Below, piece by piece: positions 37,901 to 49,592 of a stretch of 64,000 nt of DNA (position 1 is the stretch's first letter; every line of letters begins with the position of its first letter). The position numbers and the translations under genes were made by a program. Below the pieces are notes generated by a model that made no database searches, was not told where the DNA came from, and was given only the letters and a program-made list of their open reading frames with translations. Source of the stretch: Ranitomeya imitator (lineage: Eukaryota); contig NC_091290.1 of the NCBI RefSeq assembly GCF_032444005.1, positions 39,866,001-39,930,000 of the forward strand, in the 5' to 3' direction.

Positions 37901-39039
37901 ACCCCTGAAAATTTCTGACGCTGGGGGGTGCTATAACCTTATTTCTCAGCACTGCTGAGGAATAAGTACCCTTACCTGCCGCCATTAAGTCGTGTTGGCG
38001 GTTGTTAAGGGGTTAAGGATTGCTGCAGTGTGTGGATTCCTCCCTAGCACCGTTGCTTCTACGGGACGATACCGCTGTGATACAGAGTGCACGGAGCAGA
38101 GACTTCGGCAGTGGGAGACCTACGGCCCAATGCTGAGGCTCAGCCTCTGTGTGCCTCATTGTATGCGGCACTGTTAAGTTTTCTTCTGTGCACATTTGGT
38201 AGTTACTGAAGAGAAAAAAAAATGGCAGAAAATTATTTTTTTTTTTTCTGAAAAAAAAAAAAGTGACAGGAAGCGGAGGTTTTTAGTAAACAGACCCTTA
38301 CATATATAAGACATTGTGTTTCCAGAAGCCACAATCTTGTACATCAGCCAGACAGAATATGATCAACACTCAAGACAGAAGAGACTCATTAGAAGGGAAA
38401 AAGCTTTTTGTACAAATGTGCACGAATACCAAAAATAAAGCCAGGTGGTGTAGAGATGGGGAGAGGGGACCTAAACATGTTAGGGATCATTAGAGGACTT
38501 GGCACCAACATTTTCATGTTGAACTGGACACACAATGAAAGTGTGGCTGCAGAGCGGAATAAAAGGTGTTTATGTGTGTGTTTGTTTTTTTTTATTTTTT
38601 TTTTATTTTTTTTTGTATTTTGCCTCTGTTTCAGACACATTGGCAAGGAAAGTATTTAGCAGTTAACACCCATTTGGCTCCACTAACCTTATCAGATAGT
38701 AACTCCTACAGGGAGAAGTTTACTCCCTACCCCCCATCCCCAGTGAAAACTATCTGATAACACCTACTTGGAGGCAACTAAAGTTAATTCATTGAGTGCC
38801 GATTCGTAGGAACACTCATTTCTGGATTATCAGCCGGTCACACACAGTGAATGAGCAAAACGCTTGTTCGTCATGTCATGAATTTTAAAATTTTCTTATT
38901 TAAAAAAAAAAAATAAATTTCTCGACAGCACGTTGTCTTGGGTAAAAACGAGTCGTGCTGCAGAGAAAAATCGTATCGGTGTTCTGTGTGCATGGAAGTG
39001 CTGTCAGCCTGTGCGAACATTCTATTTGTGTTTATCGAA

Positions 39040-39124
39040 GATGGGCGGCCGCGGGAGGATGGGCGGCCGCGGGAGGATGGGCGGCCGCGGGAGGATGGGC
39101 GGCCACGGGAGGATGGGCGGCCGC
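39040..39124. repeat. 18-bp GC minisatellite, about 4.7 copies
   Basis: (GATGGGCGGCCGCGGGAG)n containing NotI sites. Confidence 0.9.
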
Positions 39125-40006
39125 AGCTTGTCTTCCTCTTCCTTTTGAGAACACATGCGCACTCATCAGAGCTAAGCATGCATGTGTAGGGGGTCTGCCT
39201 GTGCTGGGGGAATGATCATGTATCTTGGGGTCTATATTGCATCAGTAGGTGAAGACCTGACAAGTATGACGAGCACAAACAAAGGTTATAGAGGCAGCTG
39301 CAGGCGGCCACCAGTTTCCTGGTAATTGTCCGGCTCTGTCCTGCCGGCCGCTGCTTGTGCCTGCGAGTCAAACACCTGCGCCATTGAATTTCTCTAGGAT
39401 CCCTACAAGATGCAGCTTGCGAGTGACGTCGGCTTGCAGTTCTGGCAGCAGGATAATATTGATGTCCTTTCATATGTAGTCCCGCACTCGGGAGGAAGTT
39501 TTCGGACAGTCTGCTTTTTAACCCTTTAAGACAAATACTTCCCGTTTTCTGTACAATTTATTCCACCTACCCTATGGGGACAGTTTTGTTTTTTTGTTTA
39601 TTTTATTTTCATGTTTTTTTTTTCCTGACCGAAATAATTTTTTTTTTTTTTTTATTATAGTGTGAATGATCCCTAAAAGTAATTGGCTGTGCACCAAACT
39701 AAGATGTCGTGAGTGTGGTCTACATAGTCATGGTTTTTGCCCTCCTATAATCCAGCCTGATTTGTCACTTGTGCGAGTCACATTATAAATAATGGATGGC
39801 GGCATTAATACATGAAGGTCTTATTTATATCACATACATAATTTTTTTTTTTTTTTTAAGTTAAATACTAAGTTTCTAGTAAGTTTATTTGTCACAGTGT
39901 ACTCGGCAATAGCTTCTTTTCGAGCGTGACCCCCAGATATTGGCGGACCCCCACCATCCCTTTAACAATAATCTTCTGTATAATCTTCCCATTTCCTTCT
40001 GTGCAG

Positions 40007-40131
40007 ACTGCGCCCAGCAGATGATAATTGCAGCCTGTGGACCGTTCACCACATCGGACACCATCACTTATGATGCCCTAAAGGATCTGGTGGATGTTAT
40101 TAATAGAGACCGTCCAGATGTCTGCATTCTG
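40007..40131 (+). CDS. POLA2: POLA2 coding exon 11
   Basis: CAQQMIIAACGPFTTSDTITYDALKDLVDVINRDRPDVCIL (start of the PDE-like domain). Confidence 0.96.
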
Positions 40132-40217
40132 GTGAGATCCGAGGACGGGCGACGAAGCCGGAGATTAAATATACCCCCCCATATGACTGACATATTGCAT
40201 GTTTTCTGTCTTTGCAG

Positions 40218-40256
40218 CTCGGACCCTTTTTGGATTCAAAACATCAACAGGTTGAG
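40218..40256 (+). CDS. POLA2: POLA2 coding exon 12
   Basis: LGPFLDSKHQQVE. Confidence 0.93.
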
Positions 40257-40841
40257 GTAAAATCTTCACTATCCTACACATACTTAATGGATCCATCACA
40301 GGCTGCTGTAGTGGCCGGCATCAGAATAGAAAACGGCGCTGTCCATGTCACAAAATCATTGATAAAGTGATTGCCTGCAGCAGTTAGGTGACAAGAGCAT
40401 GCCCTTTACCACTGCAGCCGTTCACAGGCTTTAGCTATTCTGTGATATCCGGACAGGGCAGTCATGGCTTCCGAAGCTGACGACTGTAGCAGCCTGCGAT
40501 GGATCCAGAGAGGTGACTAGAGGCCATTTACTATCGGACGGCCCATACCTAAAAAGAAAAAAATGTAATGAAGAATAACGTGTCCAATTCCCGGGCGCTG
40601 AACAGATTTTTGCATCAATAACATACAGTAAAATGTAGTTTTTAGACTGGCTGCAAGTCGCTGCTGAAAATAACTGCCCAGATGAGCCTTCATTACCTTG
40701 GAGAACCCATCATGGAGCAGTTTAGCGCTAATAACTGGAGCAGCCGGGACTTGTCGTCATCTTTGGGGTTCTGCACAGACTGGAAACATGGCGGTAGACT
40801 ATACACACTGAACCATTTTTACTTGTTTTTCTCATTGTCAG

Positions 40842-40915
40842 AACTTGCAGCTGACGGTGACGTTCGAAGAAGTGTTTAAATCTTGCCTGAAAATGATCAT
40901 CGAAGGCACAAGGCA
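40842..40915 (+). CDS. POLA2: POLA2 coding exon 13
   Basis: NLQLTVTFEEVFKSCLKMIIEGTR; donor CA|GTAAGT. Confidence 0.93.
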
Positions 40916-41305
40916 GTAAGTGAGGCTGCAAATTGGGTTCTCTGTATGAGAAGAAGTCACAGGGAACCTGCCAACGTGGTTCATGGTGCCCAAACCGCTG
41001 GCATCATCGCTCAGATCCTGGCTGCACCATTGCAGCCAGGTATATTATTCGGAAATAGATCTGTGCGCCAGAGTCCAGACTAGTCTGGCTCCGCTGCAGG
41101 TGAGATAATGGGTTTCTTGCAAAGTGAAGACACCTGACAATCATCTCTAGCCTCACTTTGAAAAGCTGGCCGGAGCGGTGCCAGATCTGTGCGCTATATT
41201 TTCACCACAGACCACACAGACTGTAAGAATCATCAGTAACTATCTTCTCATTTGTGGCCGTAATTAATAATTTTCTGTTAATTTCTGCTTCCCGTATTTC
41301 TTCAG

Positions 41306-41414
41306 ATCTGGATCCCATTTGGTGTTTGTCCCCTCCGTCAGAGATGTTCACCACGATCCTGTCTATCCCCAGCCTCCGTTTAGCTGCTATGATGCGGCCA
41401 AGGAAGATAAGCCG
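41306..41414 (+). CDS. POLA2: POLA2 coding exon 14
   Basis: SGSHLVFVPSVRDVHHDPVYPQPPFSCYDAAKEDKP. Confidence 0.96.
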
Positions 41415-42438
41415 GTAACCCCTATTCGATTGCATTCACAAGTTTCAACAAAAAAAAAAAAAAAAGTGCCAAACTACATACCTTTTTATTTTTAGAGTAA
41501 AAAAAAAAATTGTAATTTTATATTGTTAGAGAAGGGAAGATGTTAAGGTCTTCAATCCCACTAAATATCACAGTTGGGGCGCATTCAGACTGCCGTATAA
41601 ACCAGGCTGAGATCGGAACAGTGACGAACTGGCCGGCGGCTCTACCGACCCGAGCGTGACGGCTGCATAGATATATATACATATATCAAGCTGTCACACT
41701 CAGGTGGGGAGAACCGCCGGCCAGTCCGTGCACTGCGGCCTGATCTCGGTACGATTTTTACAGCCCTCTGAATGCGCCCGGTGACATTTAGTTTGAGTGG
41801 TTTCTACCAAACGGCGACACAGAATAAAATTTCTCCCATTGTACATCAAGACCTATAACTCCTCTGATGAAAAAGATTACATTTCAGAAGCCGTAATTTT
41901 TTTTAATAGAGGAGCAAACATCACCTCCCTCCCCCCCACCCCCCCCCCAAAAAAAAAAAAAAAGTTATAAATATACGTTTTCAGCTATGGTCATTAAGGG
42001 CTTAGACCACTCATTTAACCCACTAGGGTTTTCGACCACAAATGTATTTAGTTATTTTTTTTTTTGGAGCCATCAAGTGTAATATTCAAGCCTAGACTCC
42101 CAATATAATGTGACGTGTCTTGTCGCTAATTCTGACTAATTCTGAACACGTTCTGGCACTTGCTGCTGTCGCGGTCTCTGCAGCCGTTTCTTACGGAAGT
42201 GTGTGATTTAGAGATGAGAATAGAGAAACCACGAAGTGAGAAGCACAAGTCATGTTGTCTGAAAAGGATGTTGTATCTGTGTCATATCGCCTGTATAATA
42301 CTAACCTCAGGAGGCCAGGAACGATGCAGAGGGGCTTCCTCTGGTTACACTTGTGCTCATCTTTAGATTTTACACTAATTGCAAATATCAAAGTTTTTCT
42401 TTTCTTTTATTAATCAATTTTTTTTTTTTTCTTCCCAG

Positions 42439-42545
42439 AGAGTGCACTTTGTGGCAGACCCTTGTACCTTATCTGTCAATGGTGTAGCCGTGGGATTTAC
42501 ATCCACAGACTTACTGTTTCACATGGGTGCGGAGGAGATCAGCAG
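42439..42545 (+). CDS. POLA2: POLA2 coding exon 15
   Basis: RVHFVADPCTLSVNGVAVGFTSTDLLFHMGAEEIS. Confidence 0.96.
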
Positions 42546-43108
42546 GTACTAGCTCAGCCGATCATTTCACCCGACTATCTCCCCAGATTTGAAATACTTG
42601 TTGTCTACAGAAGTACATGCGGGATAGTAGGAAGACTGACACCTATGGCGCCGCTTATTTCTGGTAAATTGTGGTTCTGCATGGGCGTCTGGTCGAAAAA
42701 GTTTAGGGGATGGAACTCATCAAAGGCTTTAGAATTTAATAGGCTTTGCACGTTTAATGAAACATTTTACAACATTTTGTATTTTCCTTTGACATTGACC
42801 CTTTTTTGGGGGGCAGAGGGGGTGCAGCATGGAGGGGTTGTGGTTGATCACAGCAGACAGATGTAATATATTTACACCATGAATTGTGGTGGAATTGTCC
42901 GATAGCCTGAAAAAAGGCACCTGTGTACTTCAGCCAGGCTCGTGATCAAGCCTATGGGGAGTGAATGATACTATATGGAGGCCTATGGGGAGTGAATGAT
43001 ACTATATGGAGGCCTATGGGGAGTGAATGATACTGTATGGCGGACTATGGGGGGTGCATTATACTAGGTGGAGGGATAGGGGGAGTGCAAAAAGAAGGCA
43101 AAAAAAAG

Positions 43109-43331
43109 AATGTTCCAGCTTCTGGTAAAATTTTCAGAGGAATCTTTATTCCATCAAAAAAAATGTGGTTAACAGGAGCAAGCGATGCCTTTCTAACACG
43201 GTGGTTGTTTATCAAGCTTGATAAAGAACAGTGTTTAAAACGCGTCGCTTGTTCCTGTCCACCATATTTTTTTAAAGTTTTTTTGATGGAATAAAGATCA
43301 TTCTGAAAATGTTACCAGAAGCTGGAACATT
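43109..43331. mobile_element. Fold-back Penelope-like element with a hammerhead-like motif and AATAAA on each strand
   Basis: Perfect 18-bp central palindrome TTTATCAAGCTTGATAAA (43208-43225), 20-bp perfect outer arms, UUGAUAA core on both strands. Confidence 0.6.
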
Positions 43332-44164
43332 TTTTTTTTTTCTTTTCTTTTTTTTTTTTCCAATTGCTGCACATGAGTGATCAGCTCATGGTTCCATGCA
43401 TGCTGGACTTCTATAAACTTTAACGGTGAGCTGGCATTATCCTTTTTGTGTTTTTGGCTATGGGGAGTGTATTATACTATATGGAAGCCTATGGGGAGTG
43501 CATTATATTATGTGGAGGACTATGGGGGGGTGCATTATATAGTATGGAGGACTATGGGGTGCAGTATACTATTTTGAGGACTATGTGAGGTACACTATAC
43601 TTTATGGAGAGCTATGTGGGGGCAATTATACTGTATCCAAGCAATTATACAGTGTGAAGGTTTGTTGGGGGCCATTATACAGTGTAGTGAGGAGGGCTGC
43701 GTGAGGGTCACAGTTTGGGGATCATAGTGTGTTGGAGTCGCCATACTTTTCCAGGGAGTGGAGTAGGGCCATCATACTGTGCATGTAGAGTAAAGTGGTG
43801 AATTCACTGTGGGGTATAATAGTCTGTGGGTCACTTTTCTTGGCATTCTACTTTATGGGTGCAATGAAAGGGGAATCTCAATCTACGGCTTTAGTGGGAG
43901 GAAAATTACTTTGTAAGGACTGCAAAGTTGTGAGAAATGCTAATTATGGTAATTGTTGTTTTTTGGGTGGAGGGGGGGGGGGGGGGGAATTAAAGGTTTT
44001 GCTATGGGGCCACATGATTTCTATGTACGCCCCTGGCTAGAGGGGCCTTTTATCCCACTGTATGGAGATGGTGTCTGTCTGTAGGTTTATGATTTCTAAA
44101 AACCAAAGAACATGCGTAGTATTTATTGTATAAGTCGAATATTTTAATTTCTCTCTAATTGCAG

Positions 44165-44224
44165 TGGTACTGGAGCGCCAGACAGATTTAGCCGAATTCT
44201 CAAGCATATCCTGACTCAGCGGAG
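44165..44224 (+). CDS. POLA2: POLA2 coding exon 16
   Basis: GTGAPDRFSRILKHILTQR; donor GTGAGT. Confidence 0.95.
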
Positions 44225-44464
44225 GTGAGTGAATAGCTGGAAAAGCAATTTGACCAGATCTAGTAGACTGAATAGCTAGATGTGAACCTTAGGGGCGCTC
44301 CGCCATATCCGCTGCCCCTTTGTTTTTGTTTTTCTCCTTTTTTTATGTAGAAATTTGCATTTAATAAGTAATCAAAGCGCCACCATGCAGCTAGCGAAGC
44401 GGATACTGTCTGGCTGCAGTGTGGATCGCAGGCTCCCTTATTACTGCCAGTGTTTGTTTTTCAG

Positions 44465-44591
44465 CTTCTATCCTTTGTACCCACCACATGAGGAGATCAA
44501 TATCGACTATGAAGCGCACTATAACTATGGCATAATGCCCATCACTCCGGACGTCTTCATTGTACCGTCAGAACTCCGCTTTTTCATCAAG
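44465..44591 (+). CDS. POLA2: POLA2 coding exon 17
   Basis: FYPLYPPHEEINIDYEAHYNYGIMPITPDVFIVPSELRFFIK. Confidence 0.96.
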
Positions 44592-45835
44592 GTTAGTTGA
44601 TGCACATAAGGTTTACATTCTTATATGTTTAGCTGAATCTCCGCTGCATTTGTGCACTTGGAGCCAGACTGCGTCCATCTGTAAAAAGGAAAGGTGCCGG
44701 AGCCGCCTGCTATTCACAGGCACACGTCTGACTCCTAAAGTGGTCCAAAGAAGTGCAAATTTATTTATGTTCCACGTGTACCTGAGGTCTGAAAGGAAAA
44801 TGGCCCATGGGCTAACATTGGCCCATGTCTGAAAATCCTCTCCTAAGGCCAGATCTTCATGGTTTGTTTTTTGTATACGAAAAGACTAACCCTTTCCATC
44901 AATATGCCTGACTCCATTTTTGGCTGTCTTTGGTTCTGATGCTTTCTTGTAATCATTGAAATTAGATGGCACATGGACGGTATCCATTGCTTTCCTTTAT
45001 GTGGACCCATTTACTCGATTTATGGGGGTTTGATACGCACATCAGACATGATAATGCTCCTGTACCAAAATGGGTGCATGTTCCATCCGTGAAAAGAAAA
45101 AATATGATAGGACACATTAACATGTTTGATTTTTGGGTATCTATTCTGACTCCCATTTAAAGGGTTAATCCAGGTTAGAAACCCCCTTTCATCTACCTAA
45201 TTAGTGTAATGAAGCTCAGACCCCTACTGTGTATTTCAGCCCTGACTGTGGAGGACCCCTCCTGGCCTGCATCACACAGACAGCCCATTGTTTGGAATGG
45301 AGGCTGTGAAATGCTGATCAGCGGGGGTCCGGGGAGGGAGACACTGTGTTCTAAACACAGCAGACAGGTCTTCTGTTGTTAGGGATTATCCAAAGCAAGG
45401 AACCACTTTGGGTATAATGGGTGGTCACACTTCTCCATTTTTGTACATGCATTTAGATCTGTAATCTTATTTCTGAAGGTCTCAGAATATAATCTGAAGA
45501 CAATTGTTTCCAAACCCTAGAAAGCCCCCAATACATTTAGATGGCTATCAGACAAACCTTGGTTCAGCCAAACATTCAGCCGGCAACTACCTTTCTCATT
45601 CATAGAAGCGCTCCTGTGTTCTCTGAGAAAGTCGCTCCAAGACATGACTAGCGGAGGCGACTTGCTTCATAAAGGCTCGGCGGTCCGAAATCAGACATGC
45701 GGGCGCCTTCACTGCCCCCAACAATCCATTGTCTGGGGCTCCCATATTCATTAGACGATCTGCTGAACAAGTTGTTGTTAGCGGGCATGGCCGACATTAG
45801 TCTGTGTATGGGGGGGCTTAAGCTCCATTCACACA

Positions 45836-47301
45836 TCTGTTCCACAGGACTGGCGCATAGCAAATGTGGTGTCAATATTCAAAAAGGGCTCTAAAAGTGA
45901 ACCTGGAAATTATAGGCCAGTAAGTCTAACCTCTATTGTTGGTAAAATATTTGAAGGGTTTCTGAGGGATGTTATTCTGGATTATCTCAATGAGAATAAC
46001 TGTTTAACTCCATATCAGCATGGGTTTATGAGAAATCGCTCCTGTCAAACCAATCTAATCAGTTTTTATGAAGAGGTAAGCTATAGGCTGGACCACGGTG
46101 AGTCATTGGACGTGGTATATCTCGATTTTTCCAAAGCGTTTGATACCGTGCCGCACAAGAGGTTGGTACACAAAATGAGAATGCTTGGTCTGGGGGAAAA
46201 TGTGTGTAAATGGGTTAGTAACTGGCTTAGTGATAGAAAGCAGAGGGTGGTTATAAATGGTATAGTCTCTAACTGGGTCGCTGTGACCAGTGGGGTACCG
46301 CAGGGGTCAGTATTGGGACCTGTTCTCTTCAACATATTCATTAATGATCTGGTAGAAGGTTTACACAGTAAAATATCGATATTTGCAGATGATACAAAAC
46401 TATGTAAAGCAGTTAATACAAGAGAAGATAGTATTCTGCTACAGATGGATCTGGATAAGTTGGAAACTTGGGCTGAAAGGTGGCAGATGAGGTTTAACAA
46501 TGATAAATGTAAGGTTATACACATGGGAAGAGGGAATCAATATCACCATTACACACTGAACGGGAAACCACTGGGTAAATCTGACAGGGAGAAGGACTTG
46601 GGGATCCTAGTTAATGATAAACTTACCTGGAGCAGCCAGTGCCAGGCAGCAGCTGCCAAGGCAAACAGGATCATGGGGTGCATTAAAAGAGGTCTGGATA
46701 CACATGATGAGAGCATTATACTGCCTCTGTACAAATCCCTAGTTAGACCGCACATGGAGTACTGTGTCCAGTTTTGGGCACCGGTGCTCAGGAAGGATAT
46801 AATGGAACTAGAGAGAGTACAAAGGAGGGCAACAAAATTAATAAAGGGGATGGGAGAACTACAATACCCAGATAGATTAGCGAAATTAGGATTATTTAGT
46901 CTAGAAAAAAGACTGAGAGGCGATCTAATAACCACGTATAAATATATAAGGGGACAATACAAATATCTCGCTGAGGATCTGTTTATACCAAGGAAGGTGA
47001 CGGGCACAAGGGGGCATTCTTTGCGTCTGGAGGAGAGAAGGTTTTTCCACCAACATAGAAGAGGATTCTTTACTGTTAGGGCAGTGAGAATCTGGAATTG
47101 CTTGCCTGAGGAGGTGGTGATGGCGAACTCAGTCGAGGGGTTCAAGAGAGGCCTGGATGTCTTCCTGGAGCAGAACAATATTGTATCATACAATTAGGTT
47201 CTGTAGAAGGACGTAGATCTGGGGATTTATTATGATGGAATATAGGCTGAACTGGATGGACAAATGTCTTTTTTTGGCCTTGCTAACTGTTACTATGTTA
47301 C
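45836..47301 (+). mobile_element. 5'-truncated CR1 LINE (RT domain, C-terminus and 3' UTR) in POLA2 intron 17
   Basis: Uninterrupted ORF to TAG at 47197 with NYRPVSLTS, QHGF, YLDFSKAFD, GVPQGSVLGP and FADDTKL motifs; 3' end in ACTATGTT-type microsatellite. Confidence 0.95.
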
Positions 47302-47687
47302 ATATAGTGTTGAACGCTACTTTGGGGTTTCCGTCAGAATTCTCTGATGCGAACCCCGAAGGCGCCATCCAATGAATGCAGCTGACAGTCACTGTGTGCA
47401 CAGTATGGTCTTCGTCCTGACAGTTGTACGGTTGTGGGTGTTATCACTTTCTATGGGTGTAAAATTCCTCAGGACAGGTAATGTCTGATTTCTGGGGGTC
47501 CCACTAATCACTTTTTGAGGACTTTTTAAGGTCTTACTTAAGACTTTAAAAGAAAAAAAAAAAACAGAAAAATAATTCCGTACATAAAACACTCTGTGTT
47601 TTAGATAAAGCCCAATCGCTGCTGCCTGTAGAATTTCTTAAATTTTACTACATAATTTTCTTTTAATATTTTCTGAATCCTCCATAG

Positions 47688-47837
47688 GATATCTCCGGTT
47701 GCATTTGCATAAATCCAGGCCGTCTAACAAAAGGAATGGTTGGAGGAACCTACACCCGCTTTTTGGTCAAGAGGGAGACCGCTGCCACAGAGGAACGGAA
47801 ATCGCCGTGCATATCCGCTCAAGTTGTTAAAATTTAA
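47688..47837 (+). CDS. POLA2: POLA2 coding exon 18 (terminal)
   Basis: DISGCICINPGRLTKGMVGGTYTRFLVKRETAATEERKSPCISAQVVKI then TAA. Candidate AATAAA at 47897-47902. Confidence 0.96.
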   Translation, partial: DISGCICINPGRLTKGMVGGTYTRFLVKRETAATEERKSPCISAQVVKI

Positions 47838-49339
47838 CGTCAGATACTTTTACAATACTTGATCACAATGGACGGAGCTGGACGAATAATACCAGGAATA
47901 AAACGTGCGCCGCCAAAAGAGAAGCATCGGAGTGAGTGACGCTGTGTCTGGTGACCGTGTCTTCATAGGTCCTGGTAAGACACGGGACAACCTGCATGCC
48001 ATCTTCTAGTGCTGGATGGCACGGACAGGAGCGAGCCACGATGACTGGCGCGAGGGAAAAGAAGAGCAACTAGGAAAATGGCGGCTGCAATCTGATCGTA
48101 GCTTTGGCCTCCCTTTTTGCATTAGTTTTGATAAATCTCCTGTTTTGTTTTGTCGGGGTGTCTTATATTAAAACGTCTTGAAGAAAAGTGGTCACAGCGC
48201 CGAGAAATCGTCTTTCGTTTTCTATAGGGCATTAGGCCATCTTGGACGTTTATGGTGAATCTTCAGCATGCGCCATAATTGTCTTATAGATGGAGGGGAC
48301 GTCCAAGCAGCATAAACCCGACAGATGAAAATCTCATCAGTGTAGGTATGGCAGAGATGGGATTTCCCCCTAAGACTTTCTAAAAGGCGTTATCCATGAA
48401 AAAATATATATTATAAATGGTAAAACAACTTGTGCCCTGAGAACTAACAGGAACGTAGCTGCCAACTACCTGCCTGTTGTGCCCGGATCTCTGCCAGCGA
48501 TTCAGCGGCTTCTGCAGACGTCATGTTCACAGATTAGCGGCTTCTCTTCGGCTCTGCTGACGTCGTGATGAGTGACTGCTGGCTCCCCGCTGCCTACCTG
48601 CGGGGAGCTGACAATCAGCATGATGTCTGCAGTCACGTCCCATCGACTGAGCAGCACGGAAATAGAAGAGCGGCTCGGTTGATGTAAAGCAGCTGAATTT
48701 CTGGCAGGCAGGAGCGGTCAGTGACCACTCTGAGTCGGCCCTGGGGGCAACAAGCAGGTAGTTACCTCTGTAATCATCTATCTGCCTGTGCGTTTTTAGG
48801 CCCATAGTAAAAATAAAAAATCTGTAGTGGTCCCAGACTGCCCCTTAAGTTCATGGCGTTCAGACTCCGAGTGATCTAGGGAAGGAAGGTGATGGCGAGG
48901 TGCCTAATTCCAGAGCCCTTCTATACCTGATCATGGGGAGGGTCTCTGATCGGACCTCCAGCAAGTGATCCCCTATCCTATGGATGGAGAGGAAGCATTT
49001 TACCAGTATAACTAGAGCTACACTCCTAAGATGCACATCTAAATATTAGGATCGCACAGCCATTCCTACATCCCCCCCCCCCCCCCTTCCGTACAAGTAA
49101 GTACACCAGCTTCATCAGGTCTGCAATCTAATATTGTATGCAGATTCTATTGTGAAATCTATTAATTCACCTGCATACTATTGAGGCTTATTAACACACA
49201 GTAGAGCAGTCAGCACCGGCCACCATAGCGGCAGTCTGAACAGTGGCCTGATTCTCTATGCTATAGAGTCTATAGCCATTTATTGCTGTTTACTTTGTGT
49301 CGTGTAAATAAAGTTTATTGCTTAAAAAAAGGTGAAAGG

Positions 49340-49592
49340 AAAAAAAGTACCTGATTGGTTCCCCAACTACCCGCCGTCTCCTCCTCCTGGTGCTGGCACT
49401 GCGGTGATTGGCTGCCGCCTCAGTTGGGCGGGTCTTAGCCTGAGGTGTCTCAGTGTCTCGGCAGTTGGAGCTGCACACTGCGGGCTCTGCGCGGCCGCTG
49501 TACATCTGGTGCGGGCGACTGAGGACCGGAAGCCGGGCCACTCCCAACCACGTCCGCAGCTGCCACACCTGGAGCCAGCAGCAGCATTACAG
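49340..49592 (+). promoter_or_regulatory. CDC42EP2: Probable CDC42EP2 promoter and non-coding first exon
   Basis: CpG-rich segment with ATTGG at 49354 and 49407, GC box GGGCGG at 49426-49431 and donor CAG|GTCAGT at 49592/49593. The coding exon has an acceptor at 63786 upstream of its ATG. Linking the two is inference. Confidence 0.5.

Larger units (their letters stand above)
31506..38012. mobile_element. piggyBac-like non-autonomous element (outer), interrupted by two insertions
   Basis: CCCCTT...AAGGGG termini, TTAA right flank (TTCA left). Sequence before 32970 continues after 36985. Confidence 0.65.

Noticed and set aside
40912-40917. Non-canonical GC donor (AG|GCAGTA) for exon 13
   Set aside because: The GT donor 3 nt downstream (CA|GTAAGT) is a better consensus, keeps phase and gives the expected 598-aa length.
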